A stretch of 64,000 nucleotides of DNA from Alphaproteobacteria bacterium. GTDB taxonomy: Bacteria; Pseudomonadota; Alphaproteobacteria; UBA828. Below are positions 1 to 9,494 of the stretch, in pieces (position 1 is the first letter of the stretch; every line of letters starts with the position of its first letter). The DNA is taken from positions 608,001-672,000 of the forward strand of contig CBDCQT010000013.1 of assembly GCA_965220745.1 (NCBI GenBank). Direction: 5' to 3'. The notes below the pieces were generated by a model. It did not search any database. It saw only the letters and a list, made by a program, of their open reading frames with translations, and was not told the origin of the DNA. The translations under genes were made by a program, and so were the position numbers.

Positions 1-751
1 TCTCTTTCGCGGCAGCTACAACATCCCGCTTGTGCACGAGGACGCGCAGTCCGTGTTCCTGGAGCGGCTCGCGGGCGTTACCGAGCCCGAGGAGAAGCGC
101 AAGATCATTGGCGCCACCTTCATCGACGTGTTCGAGGAGGCCGCGCGCAGCGCCGGCGATGCCGACTTCCTGGCCCAGGGAACGCTCTACCCGGACGTGA
201 TCGAGTCGGTCTCCGTCAGCGGGCCGAGCGTCGTCATCAAGTCCCACCACAATGTCGGCGGGCTGCCTGAGCGGATGAAGCTCAGCCTGGTCGAGCCGCT
301 GCGCTCGCTCTTCAAGGACGAGGTGCGTGCCCTCGGCCGCGCCCTCGGGATGCCGGAGGCGCTGACCGGGCGCCACCCCTTCCCCGGCCCCGGCCTCGCC
401 ATCCGCATCCCCGGCGAGGTGACGGCCGAGAAGGTCGCGATCCTGCAGCAGGCGGACGCCATCTTCATCGAGGAAATCCGGAGCGCGGGTCTCTACGACG
501 CGATCTGGCAGACCTTCGCGGTGCTGCTTCCGGTCCAGACGGTGGGCGTGATGGGCGACGCGCGCACCTACGAGCACGTTTGCGCGCTTCGCGCCGTCAC
601 GTCGGCGGACGGTATGACCGCCGACTTCTACCACTTCGACATGGGCTTCCTCGGCGGTGTCGCGAACCGCATCGTCAACGAGGTGAAGGGTATCAACCGC
701 GTGGTCTACGACGTGACCTCGAAACCGCCGGGAACGATCGAATGGGAGTGA
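1..751 (+). CDS. guaA: GMP synthase (glutamine-hydrolysing), C-terminal part; 5' end lies outside the window
   Basis: Motifs [36 protein letters not shown] and the terminal [16 protein letters not shown]. Confidence 0.97.
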   Translation, partial: LFRGSYNIPLVHEDAQSVFLERLAGVTEPEEKRKIIGATFIDVFEEAARSAGDADFLAQGTLYPDVIESVSVSGPSVVIKSHHNVGGLPERMKLSLVEPLRSLFKDEVRALGRALGMPEALTGRHPFPGPGLAIRIPGEVTAEKVAILQQADAIFIEEIRSAGLYDAIWQTFAVLLPVQTVGVMGDARTYEHVCALRAVTSADGMTADFYHFDMGFLGGVANRIVNEVKGINRVVYDVTSKPPGTIEWE

Positions 752-759
752 ACAGGCGA

Positions 760-1452
760 ATGCGCCGGCGCACACGCTGGGTGCTTGCGGCGATCGTCGC
801 CGCGGCGCTCGCGCTTGGCACCGGACCCGCCGACGCCGATTGGGACACGGGCCAAGCCGCCTTCGAGCGGGGCGATATAGCCGCTGCGCTCGAGGCGTGG
901 CAGCCGCTCGCCGAAGCGGGCGACGCGCGGGCGCAGGCGGCGATCGGCAGCCTCTACATCCACGGCCAGGGGGTCGCGGTCGACTATGCCAAGGCGTTGC
1001 GCTGGACCCGGCGCGCCGCCGAACAGGGCGACGTCACCGGGCAGTTCAACATGGGCACCATCTATGCCGGCGGCCTCGGTGTCGAGCGTGACTACGAGGT
1101 AGCGGCGGAGTGGTTCAGGCGCGCGGCCGAGCAGGACGATGCGGCCAGCCGCTTCAATCTCGGCGTGCTCTATGCGCGCGGCCTCGGCGTGCCGAAGGAC
1201 GACGAGGAAGCGATCTTCTTGCTCAGCACCGCGACGATCATCGCCGGCGACCCCGAGGCCAATCTGCAGGAGATTGGCGCTGCTGCCGAGAACTACGCCT
1301 ACGTCGTGATGATGACGATGGAAGAGCCAGAGCTGACTCGGGCGCTCAAGCGCACCCGCGCCTGGGAGAAGGAGTTCCTGCGCCGCTACCTGTCGCGCCG
1401 CATCAGTCCCGCCGAGCCCAGGAGCGGCCTCGATCCACTCCCCTACGAGTAA
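760..1452 (+). CDS. Secreted Sel1-like repeat protein
   Basis: Signal-peptide-like N-terminus; WQPLAEAGDARAQ followed by three Sel1 units (G.GV..DY..A..W.RRAAEQG). Confidence 0.85.
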   Translation: MRRRTRWVLAAIVAAALALGTGPADADWDTGQAAFERGDIAAALEAWQPLAEAGDARAQAAIGSLYIHGQGVAVDYAKALRWTRRAAEQGDVTGQFNMGTIYAGGLGVERDYEVAAEWFRRAAEQDDAASRFNLGVLYARGLGVPKDDEEAIFLLSTATIIAGDPEANLQEIGAAAENYAYVVMMTMEEPELTRALKRTRAWEKEFLRRYLSRRISPAEPRSGLDPLPYE

Positions 1453-1470
1453 TCGGGCCCCGCACCGGCG

Positions 1471-2271
1471 TCAGACCAAGACGTACTCCAGGCGCTGCGA
1501 CTCCGGCAGCGTGAGCAGCCTGCGGATGTGGCCGGCGAGGCGCTCCGCCCAGGCCTCGACCGCCTCCGACGTGCGGATTTCGTCGTTGCGGATTTCGATG
1601 AGCAGCGACGGCAGCCCGCGCTTCTCGGCGTGAACGGGCAGCGTGTGGTCGGTGAGCACGCCGAAGTCGTAAGGCTCGTTGGCGCCGACGACGAGCCCCT
1701 CCGCCCTCAGCCACTCGATCAAGGGTGTCGACATGCGCTGGTCCTTGTCCCAGCAGATGCCGATCTCCCAGGGCCGCGGATCGCCGCCGACAAGCTGTGG
1801 GGTGAAGCTGTGGACCGCTACCAGAAGCGGCACCTGGCCAGCAGCGGCCATGCGGTCCAGCGCAGCGGTGATCGCGTCGTGATAGGGCTCGAAGATCTCG
1901 GCAATCCGCGCATCCACTGCCGCCTGATCGAGGTCCACGTTGCCGGGCACCGGCACCGTGTCGCTCACCGGCGGGATCCTGTCCGGCGCGCCCACGGGCC
2001 GGTTGCAGTCGATCACCAGGCGGGAGTAGCCGGCGAGGATCGCCTGCGCGTCGAGCAGCGCCGAAAGCCGCCGGGCCACGGCCCCTGCCCCGATATCCCA
2101 TCCGATGTGCTCGGTGCGCTCGGTCTCGCTCAGGCCGAGGTCGTCGAGCGCGGCGGGCACCCGACAGCTCGCGTGGTCGCAGACCAGCAACACGCGCGAC
2201 GTGCTCCCCTCGTTGAGGGTCTCGAAGGGCGGTGGGTCGTCGGGCCCGAGCAGTGTCGCAGACACAGGCAC
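1471..2271 (-). CDS. N-formylglutamate amidohydrolase family protein
   Basis: LLVCDHAS, HIGWDIGA, YSRLVIDCNRP, VHSFTP, IEIRNDEI. Confidence 0.9.
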   Translation of the reverse strand: MPVSATLLGPDDPPPFETLNEGSTSRVLLVCDHASCRVPAALDDLGLSETERTEHIGWDIGAGAVARRLSALLDAQAILAGYSRLVIDCNRPVGAPDRIPPVSDTVPVPGNVDLDQAAVDARIAEIFEPYHDAITAALDRMAAAGQVPLLVAVHSFTPQLVGGDPRPWEIGICWDKDQRMSTPLIEWLRAEGLVVGANEPYDFGVLTDHTLPVHAEKRGLPSLLIEIRNDEIRTSEAVEAWAERLAGHIRRLLTLPESQRLEYVLV

Positions 2272-2273
2272 GC

Positions 2274-3416
2274 CTAAATCTTATAGATGCGCTGGGCGTT
2301 CTCGACGCCGATCAACGACGCAATGCGTTCGGCCTCCGCAGCCGAGCACTCGTCGTCCTCCACCCAGCGCCCGAGCGCGCGGGCGAGCGCGGTGCGGAAG
2401 CGCAGTGCCCCCAAGTAGTAAAGCTCTGCGAGCCCGAACGCGTCGGTGCTGAAGAGCTGCTTGGTGAAGGGCACCAGCTCAAGCGCCTCGTCCATGATCC
2501 GCTGATAGCTCGGCCCCACCCAGTTCAGCGCGAAACCCACGTCGAAGTAGACGCACGGGAAGTTCTCGGACATCAGGCCCGCTTCGCGGTGGAACGGGTA
2601 GCAGTGCAGCAGCGTGATGGGGAAGCCCCAGGGCTCCACCGCCTTGATCCAGGGCGTGAGATGGCTTGGGTCCACGCGGTGCAGCTCGATGTCGGGATCG
2701 CCAATGCCGATGTGGAACTGGATCGGGAAGCCCCGCTCCCGCGCGATGTCAGCGCCGGTCCAGATCAGGTGCCGCTCCAGCACCGGGTCGGTGAGGCGCA
2801 CCGAGCCGGTCTCCTCGATCTCGGCGAGCCAGCGTCCCGCCGCCGCCTCGACCTCGGCGGGCGTCGGCTTCTCGTAGTCGATGCGCAGCGTCGCGCGGTA
2901 GGCGAGGATGGACTTTAGCCCGACTACCCCCTCGCCGAGGCAGCGCCGCAAGGCCGCCTCGAAGGCCTCCGCGAAGCCTGCGGCCGACACGCGGCCCTCC
3001 GCGACTCGCTCGGCGACCGATTCCATGCGCACGATCTCCCGCGCCGGCTGACCGGCGATCGCGCCCACCTCGGCGACACTGCAGAGCTCCTCCGGCCGGT
3101 TGCCGCTATCCACGATGTAGGTCCCGATCCCCGACGCGGCGAGGAAGCGTCGGTTCACCTCCGCCGCGCCGATCGCGCGCCGGCGCGCGGCATACGCCGC
3201 CGGCGTGCAGAACGGCTCCAGATCCAGCATCGGAGCGCACCAGCGCCGGACGCTGAGCGCCACCGGCTTGTCCCAGTGGTTCGTGCCGGGAGGCGCCGGC
3301 GCAAACGCCTCGCTCAGCGAATCCGCGAGCCGCTCGTCATCCAGGTCCACAGGGAACAGGCCGTGGCAGTGATGGTCGACCAGCGGCAGCGTGGCGGCGA
3401 TGTCGTCAATAGGCAT
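2274..3416 (-). CDS. Amidohydrolase (FluG/nodulin N-terminal-like)
   Basis: LVDHHCH metal motif, GLKSILAYR, IQFHIGIGD, LLHCYPFHREAG, LFSTDAFG. Confidence 0.88.
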   Translation of the reverse strand: MPIDDIAATLPLVDHHCHGLFPVDLDDERLADSLSEAFAPAPPGTNHWDKPVALSVRRWCAPMLDLEPFCTPAAYAARRRAIGAAEVNRRFLAASGIGTYIVDSGNRPEELCSVAEVGAIAGQPAREIVRMESVAERVAEGRVSAAGFAEAFEAALRRCLGEGVVGLKSILAYRATLRIDYEKPTPAEVEAAAGRWLAEIEETGSVRLTDPVLERHLIWTGADIARERGFPIQFHIGIGDPDIELHRVDPSHLTPWIKAVEPWGFPITLLHCYPFHREAGLMSENFPCVYFDVGFALNWVGPSYQRIMDEALELVPFTKQLFSTDAFGLAELYYLGALRFRTALARALGRWVEDDECSAAEAERIASLIGVENAQRIYKI

Positions 3417-4719
3417 CGAGATAACTCCGAATCACTGTGTCGGGAGAGCGCTCGGTCACCGCCGCGAGCTCATGACGCTTGAGCGAAACATAGGCCTGCC
3501 AGAGGGGATCTGAAAACCAGCCGCGCACCGCCTCCTCTGCCTCCGCCGCCGCAAGCGCCTCCTCGAGCGAACGCGGCAGCCAGCGCACGTCGAGCGCCTC
3601 GCGCTCCTCATCGCTGAGATCGGACGGATCGCGCTTGACCAGCGGCGGTGTCGGCAGGCCCTCGCGCAGGCCTTCGAGCCCTGCCTGGACCAGCACGGCC
3701 AAAGTCACATGGGGCGACGCGGAGGCATCAGCGGGGCGAAACTCGAAGTTGTACTGGTCAGGGTCAACCCCGCCGGGCCCATGCCGGCCGGCGCAGATGC
3801 GGAGCGCCGCCTCCCGGTTGTCGGCGCCGAAGGCTGCGGCGGCGCCCGCCCAATGGCCCGGCGCAAGCCGGAGGTAGGAGACCGGCGAAGGCGCCGTAAA
3901 CGCGGTGAGCGCCGGCAGACGGCGCATGATCCCCGCGACGAAGCTGCCGGCCTGCGGCGCAACCCCTGCCGGCTGCGCGGGATCGTGCGAGACCGGCACA
4001 CCGTCAAGGTCCTGCAGGCTGAAGTGCACGTGAACGCCGTTGCCGAAGCCCTGCTCGGCGATCATGGGCGTGAAGGTCGCGCGGTAGCCCTCGCGCGTCG
4101 CCACTGCACGCACCAGCTCGCGCACCATGAGCGCCCGGTCGGCGGCGGCGAGGCCGAGCACAGGGCGACAGTTCACTTCGTACTGGCCGGGGCCGCCTTC
4201 CGGCTCGAAGGTCTCGGGCTCCAGGCCCGCCGCGCGCAACGCCGCCACCAGCACGGCGCCGAAACCCAATGCCTGCTCGTGGGCGATGATGCTGTAGTTG
4301 GGGCCAGGCCGCTCCAGCCCCTCCACCAGGTAGAACTCCTGCTCGAAGGCGGCCATGAGCCGGAGTCCGAACTCGCGTTCGAGGTCGTCCAGCGCCCGCC
4401 GCAGGAACTCCCTCAGGCATGCCTCCCACGGCCTGCCGTCGGGCGCGATGCCGTCGCAGATGTAGACGTGGAACGGCGGCTGCTCCGGCCAGAGATCGAC
4501 CCTGGCGTGGGCGTCGCGGTCGGCCACCAGCCAGACATCGCCGAGCGCGCCCCAGGGGCTCGGCGCAAGCGTGGAGAGCGGGCCGATCGCCTGCGCCACC
4601 GGTACCCAGCCGATGCCGGTCTCCAGACGCTTGTCGAGATCGGCCGCCGGGAAGCCCCGCCCGCGCATGAGGCCGGCCAGGTCGGGCCATCCGAAAAAGA
4701 CCAGCTCCTCGCCCCTCAT
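3406..4719 (-). CDS. Glutamine synthetase-like gamma-glutamyl ligase
   Basis: AFEQEFY, EGGPGQYE, GNGVHVHFSL, NREAALR, NFEFRPADASASP. Confidence 0.9.
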   Translation of the reverse strand: MRGEELVFFGWPDLAGLMRGRGFPAADLDKRLETGIGWVPVAQAIGPLSTLAPSPWGALGDVWLVADRDAHARVDLWPEQPPFHVYICDGIAPDGRPWEACLREFLRRALDDLEREFGLRLMAAFEQEFYLVEGLERPGPNYSIIAHEQALGFGAVLVAALRAAGLEPETFEPEGGPGQYEVNCRPVLGLAAADRALMVRELVRAVATREGYRATFTPMIAEQGFGNGVHVHFSLQDLDGVPVSHDPAQPAGVAPQAGSFVAGIMRRLPALTAFTAPSPVSYLRLAPGHWAGAAAAFGADNREAALRICAGRHGPGGVDPDQYNFEFRPADASASPHVTLAVLVQAGLEGLREGLPTPPLVKRDPSDLSDEEREALDVRWLPRSLEEALAAAEAEEAVRGWFSDPLWQAYVSLKRHELAAVTERSPDTVIRSYLDAY

Positions 4720-5176
4720 CCGCGCCCTCGCCTTGCCGCGCCGCCACTCTAGCCCGGATTTCTCCCCTCAGTCGCGGCATGCGACTCGATCAGTGGCTCC
4801 AAGTGGGGTGTAATCTCACATGGAATCACTTATTTCATTGCAAAACAAGGCGTTACGCCAAATTGGGTTCGTTTTGCAAATTTCTATTATGCGGAGATCA
4901 TGACCCTCGCTGGACATCCGTGTGAGAAGCAAGCACCCGCTTTTCCTGCGTTCATGCACCGAACCCCCTTCGATCTTGCGTTCCATGACACGATGCTGGC
5001 GCGAGCTGCGATCGCCGTGCATCGCACCATGGTCCGGGTGGTTGAGCAGCCAGACAGAACGGCCTCGTCTCCCTTGCGACTGTATGACAGCGCATCGCGC
5101 TCTTGGAGCAAAGGTCGCAAGCGCCCGCCGAGCGCGCTTCGTGTTATCGTCCCGCCGCAACGGGCGGGAGGGGAGT

Positions 5177-5956
5177 ATGGCGATCACGTTACAGGGCAAG
5201 GCCGCGATCGTGACCGGCGCGGGCCGCGGCATCGGCAAGGGCATCGCGAGCGTGTTCGCGAATGAGGGCGCTAGGGTGCTGGTGGTGAACCGCAGCGCCG
5301 AGGCGGGCCAGGCCACCGCCGAGGAGATCGCAGCCGCCGGCGGCGAGGCCTCGTTCCTCCAGGCCGACGTCAGGCAGCGCGCCGACATGGAGCGGATGGC
5401 GGCGACTTGTATCGAGCGCTACGGCGCCATCGACGTCTTCTGCGCCAATGCCGGGGTCTTTCCCACCTCCCACATCGTGGACATGGACGACGAGACCTGG
5501 GACGACGTGATCGATACCAACCTCAAGGGCGTCTTCTACGGCGTCCGGTCCTGCATCCCCCAGATGAAGGCGCAGGGGCAGGGCCGCATCGTCGTCATTT
5601 CGTCGATTACCGGCCCCAACGTCGGCTGGCCGGGGCTCGCCCACTACATGGCGTCGAAGGGCGGCGTAAACGCCTTCGTCATGGGTGCTGCGCTGGAGCT
5701 CGCCAAGCACAACATTACGGTCAACGCGATCTCCCCAGGCTCGATCATGACGCCGGGCCTGGTCGAGTTGGGCGGGGACCAGGTGGAGGAAATCAGGTCT
5801 GTCATTCCGGCCGGGTACATCGGCGAGACCGAGGACATCGCCTACGCCGCCGTCTACCTCGCCAGCGACCAGGCGCGCTACATCACCGGTCAGGCGCTGG
5901 TGCTCGACGGCGGCCAGATTCTGCCGGAGAGCCCGGCGGCCCTCGCCGACGCTTGA
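5177..5956 (+). CDS. SDR oxidoreductase (3-oxoacyl-ACP reductase-like)
   Basis: TGAGRGIG, CANAG, YMASK catalytic motif, ITGQALVLDGG; GGAG RBS before the ATG at 5177. Confidence 0.92.
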   Translation: MAITLQGKAAIVTGAGRGIGKGIASVFANEGARVLVVNRSAEAGQATAEEIAAAGGEASFLQADVRQRADMERMAATCIERYGAIDVFCANAGVFPTSHIVDMDDETWDDVIDTNLKGVFYGVRSCIPQMKAQGQGRIVVISSITGPNVGWPGLAHYMASKGGVNAFVMGAALELAKHNITVNAISPGSIMTPGLVELGGDQVEEIRSVIPAGYIGETEDIAYAAVYLASDQARYITGQALVLDGGQILPESPAALADA

Positions 5957-5999
5957 TGCGACCTCGCCGCACGCCCGACCGCGCTGCAAGCCGCCCCGA

Positions 6000-6028
6000 T
6001 TGACAAACGCCGCTCCGCCGTTATCGAT
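6000..6028 (+). promoter_or_regulatory. Probable sigma70 promoter of the tRNA-Arg gene
   Basis: TTGACA at 6000-6005 and a TATCGAT-like -10 about 17 bp downstream, just before the tRNA. Confidence 0.55.
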
Positions 6029-6037
6029 GGCACCGGA

Positions 6038-6114
6038 GCGCCCGTAGCTCAGCCGGATAGAGCACTTGATTCCTAATCAAGGGGTCGCAGGTTCGAGTCC
6101 TGCCGGGCGCGCCA
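6038..6114 (+). tRNA. tRNA-Arg (anticodon CCT)
   Basis: GCGCCCG acceptor stem, TAGCTCAG D arm, CTTGA-TTCCTAA-TCAAG anticodon arm, GGTTCGAGTCC T arm, 3' CCA. Confidence 0.96.
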
Positions 6115-6234
6115 ACTAAATCAGCGACAGTTTATTCGGCCGGGCGCAATCGGGAGGCGGATTCTGCGAGCTAGGTCCTCGCCCGTCGCGGGTCCGCCTC
6201 ACCCCACTAGCCTGTCGCTCCGACGGGTGCGACA

Positions 6235-6681
6235 CTACCTCAAGAAGATCACGCCCCACTGGTTGTCGACCACATCGCCACCGCCGCTTACCGTGAAATT
6301 GGAGGTGATGATCCCGGTCGCGCCGTCGAAGATCCCGGCGCCGGAATCGACCTGCCAGCAGATCCCGCCGTGCGTCAGGTTCGAATCCGCACTCGGCCCC
6401 ATCGCCCCTGTTCCGCGCGTGCTAAAGGTGAAGCTGTTCCCTCCGCCGAAGTCGATCGTACCCGATTCCGTGAAGCTTCCGTCCTCGTTCGGGAAGACGT
6501 CCGATTCGAAGCTCACGCTGTTACCGGCGATGGCCTCGATGGTGGCGTCGACCGCGCTGTCGTCCACTGCCGTGGAAATTCTCGACGCTGACCCGCTCGT
6601 CGAGGCGCTCAAGACACCTTCCGCGCCCTCCTTGGGCCCCGCAGTTCCGCGAAACTGGATGACGTAACTGATCTGCTTCAT
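6235..6681 (-). CDS. Hypothetical beta-rich protein (possibly AOC/dirigent-like barrel)
   Basis: Clean 148-aa ORF with a GGTG.F.GATG-like motif (SGAGIFDGATG); fold assignment is inference. Confidence 0.6.
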   Translation of the reverse strand: MKQISYVIQFRGTAGPKEGAEGVLSASTSGSASRISTAVDDSAVDATIEAIAGNSVSFESDVFPNEDGSFTESGTIDFGGGNSFTFSTRGTGAMGPSADSNLTHGGICWQVDSGAGIFDGATGIITSNFTVSGGGDVVDNQWGVIFLR

Positions 6682-6886
6682 GGTCTGGCCTTTCGTTCCT
6701 CGTCGGCTGCACGCCGATGCGACCGGCCTGCATGGGATGGTTCGGTCTGGATGTTAGTTGAAGGGTGTCAGCAAAACCATGTCCGCTGTTCAGCGCGGAA
6801 GTCGGACGCCGTTCGGTACTGTAGCCAATCAAGAAGGCTCGACTCTGGGGGGAGGGCAGAGTTCGTTGCTTAACCACAAGTGTAGG

Positions 6887-7669
6887 CTATTCCCGACGGA
6901 CGGGCACGCCTTCCAGCAAGCCGTTTCGATCCATGTCTTGCCAGGCGTCCATGAAGACCTCGTTCCACTGCGCGGTCATGGGATGGTCCATCATGTCGCG
7001 GTAGACCGTCCACATGGTGACGAGCTCGTCGGCGCCGTCGCGGAAGGCGGCATAGGCGGTCTCTACCGTGCGCACCAGGGCGGCCATGATGTAGGGGCGC
7101 TGCTCCCAGCCGCCGAACACCTGGGCGCACTCGCGGATCAGCTTCGTGGGATCACCTCCCGCCTCCTTGACCGGCTCGCAGAAGGGGAGGATGTGATCGA
7201 CGCCGGCCTGGGCCACGGCGACGGCCTGGGGCAAGGAGAAGACTGTGGTGCAGCAGGTCTCCACGCCCTCTTCCCGCAATGCGGCGAAGGCCTTCAGCGC
7301 GTTCACCGAGCACGGGATTTTCAGGACGATCTGGTCGGAGAGATCGGTGAACGTCTTGCCGACCTCCAGAAGCTCGTCGAGAGAATGTCCGTCGATCTCG
7401 ACGACGATGGGCTTGTCCGTGAGGTCAAGGTACTTCTTGATCACGTCGATCGCGCCGCCATGGGTCTTCGCGTACTGATTGTGCACGACCGTGTTCGTGA
7501 CGATCCCGGCGATGCCGAGGGGCATCCACTCCTTGAGGTCGTCAGGGTCGCCGGCGAGCCAGATGGCGGGGCCACGGCCACGGCGACGAGCGGCCGGAAC
7601 CGGGCCGATGTCCGACTCCTCGGCGATTGATGGAGCAAGGGGGACAGCGCTTACAGTCCTCATGATCAC
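6887..7669 (-). CDS. Transaldolase / fructose-6-phosphate aldolase family protein (start uncertain)
   Basis: GIVTNT, IVLKIPC Schiff-base Lys, TCCTTVFSLPQA, IMAALVR, GADELVT. Confidence 0.8.
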   Translation of the reverse strand: MIMRTVSAVPLAPSIAEESDIGPVPAARRRGRGPAIWLAGDPDDLKEWMPLGIAGIVTNTVVHNQYAKTHGGAIDVIKKYLDLTDKPIVVEIDGHSLDELLEVGKTFTDLSDQIVLKIPCSVNALKAFAALREEGVETCCTTVFSLPQAVAVAQAGVDHILPFCEPVKEAGGDPTKLIRECAQVFGGWEQRPYIMAALVRTVETAYAAFRDGADELVTMWTVYRDMMDHPMTAQWNEVFMDAWQDMDRNGLLEGVPVRRE

Positions 7670-9225
7670 TTCCTCCTGGTCAATTGCGATGATGTTAAAG
7701 CGAACCGGCTCGGTCCAGCTGACTGACTCGCGCCGGATTTCGAATCCCGCGCGTTGGGCACCGCTTTGGCAATCTTGTCGATGCCTTCCGCAATAAGTGC
7801 TTTCTCGATCACCGAATAACCCAAACGGATGTGATTTCGATTGTTTCTTTCGTCGGAAAATGTGAACCCGCCTGTCTCGAAGAATACGCCCTCTGCGTCT
7901 ACCATTTTGCGGAGAATGCCGGCATCCGCCCCATCCGGCAGCCTGAGCCAGATGCTTCCCCCTCCGTATTCTGCCTTGGTGGACGCCCCCGGAAAGTGCC
8001 TTTCCAACGCTTCGTGCATCACGGTGCAGCGCTCCTTGTAGATGCCCGTAATCTTGGCAACGAAGCGATCGAAATAGCCTCGTTGCAGGAACAGCGCGAC
8101 GCTTCTCTGATTGTTGACCGGCGGGTGTCGCAGGATATGGTGCCGCATCGCCCGCGCTTCTCTGACGAACTCTCGATCCGCAACCAAGTAGCCGATGCGC
8201 AGCCCGGGCAATAGGGATTTCGAGAGGCTTCCTGTGTAGATGACATTGCCCCAGGTATCGAGGCTCTTGAGAGCACGCGGGGGAGTCTTGTTGAAGCTGA
8301 TGTCGGCTTCGTAATCGTCCTCGATGACGAACTGGCCGTTTCTCTTCGTGAAAGCGAGCAACTCCACCTTACGGTCGAGGGGCATGGTAACAGTTGTCGG
8401 GAACTGGTGACTCGGCGTCACGAACAGGCATTTGCAGCCAGAAATATTGCTGGAGAGAACGAGTCCCTTTTGGTCAATGGGAAGTCGCCTTACCGAGATT
8501 CCCTCAATTTCCGCCATGTTGATGACATCCGGATAACCGGGATCCTCGACGCCGATGATTTCACCGGGCTTCAGGAGAAGCTTGATCGCGATGTAGAGCG
8601 CCTGCTGGCCGCCAACCGTGACGAGGACCTCGTCGGGATGAGCGACGATACCGCGCTTGGCGAGCACGCGTTGGATCAGCTGCTCGATCAACATGTCATC
8701 GTCGATTGCGGAGTAGTCGGTCGCCCAATTGGCGAGCTCGATGACGTTGACGGAATCGCGCACGCATTCGCGCCAACTCGTGATGGGGAAGAGCGACGGG
8801 TCAGTCAGACCGCAGACGAACGGATAGCGATATCTGACCAGAACATCCGAAGGCTTCACGACGCGTTGAAGGTTGAAGCTTCGGTCCCTGAAGAATGCCC
8901 CGTAGTCCAGCGTCGCCAGTGGCGCGGCGAGGTCGGCCGGCACATCGGGCTTGAGGGCATGGCCCGGTTCGGTGAGCACGTCCTGGTTGACGTAATACCC
9001 TGAGCGGTTCCTGGCCTCGACGAACCCGTCCTGCTTCAGCGCCTCGTAGGCCAGGGTCACAGTCGTCACGCTTACGCCGAGGTCTGCGGACAGCTGGCGT
9101 ATGGACGGGAGCGGTCGGTGCAGCGGGTATTGCCGGTTGACGATGCCGATCGCGATCTGACGCCGGATTTGCTTCTGCAGGCTCTCCGGCGCCCCGCGGT
9201 CGATCACGATCATGTTCTCGTACAT
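7666..9225 (-). CDS. MocR/GabR-family GntR regulator with PLP aminotransferase-like domain
   Basis: LPSIRQLSADLGVSVTTV HTH, TPSHQFPT, IEDDYE, SLSKSLLPGLRIGY. Confidence 0.93.
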   Translation of the reverse strand: MYENMIVIDRGAPESLQKQIRRQIAIGIVNRQYPLHRPLPSIRQLSADLGVSVTTVTLAYEALKQDGFVEARNRSGYYVNQDVLTEPGHALKPDVPADLAAPLATLDYGAFFRDRSFNLQRVVKPSDVLVRYRYPFVCGLTDPSLFPITSWRECVRDSVNVIELANWATDYSAIDDDMLIEQLIQRVLAKRGIVAHPDEVLVTVGGQQALYIAIKLLLKPGEIIGVEDPGYPDVINMAEIEGISVRRLPIDQKGLVLSSNISGCKCLFVTPSHQFPTTVTMPLDRKVELLAFTKRNGQFVIEDDYEADISFNKTPPRALKSLDTWGNVIYTGSLSKSLLPGLRIGYLVADREFVREARAMRHHILRHPPVNNQRSVALFLQRGYFDRFVAKITGIYKERCTVMHEALERHFPGASTKAEYGGGSIWLRLPDGADAGILRKMVDAEGVFFETGGFTFSDERNNRNHIRLGYSVIEKALIAEGIDKIAKAVPNARDSKSGASQSAGPSRFALTSSQLTRRK

Positions 9226-9337
9226 CGTCGTCAGCTCCGTGCTCCGTGGAGCGGCAGCCGAACAAGGCAGGGGTAGCGCAGGCACGACGGTGCCATCAAG
9301 CGCGTCTCGGCATCCGCATTCTCTGTACCCACACAAA

Positions 9338-9387
9338 TTCTCAACTGTATGCAGCCACCTGCGCCCAAAACGTTTCTCAACTGTATG
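9338..9387. promoter_or_regulatory. 14-bp direct repeat TTCTCAACTGTATG x2, probable MocR operator
   Basis: Exact copies at 9338-9351 and 9374-9387 in the divergent intergenic region. Confidence 0.6.
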
Positions 9388-9494
9388 TAGGCGCGCTTCG
9401 GGTGGGACGGTAGGTTTTATCGGCAAGAAATTAATCGAGGCGCAGGCCGAGTATTCAATCGCCTCGCAGGCCGCGACACAAAGAGAAAGCACCC

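Noticed and set aside
700-780. guaA 3' end as an island integration site
   Set aside because: No adjacent integrase, and no duplicate of the guaA end was found by eye in the window
6090-6135. tRNA-Arg as attL of the catabolic cluster
   Set aside because: The short AT-rich tail is suggestive, but no integrase or second copy of the tRNA 3' end was seen
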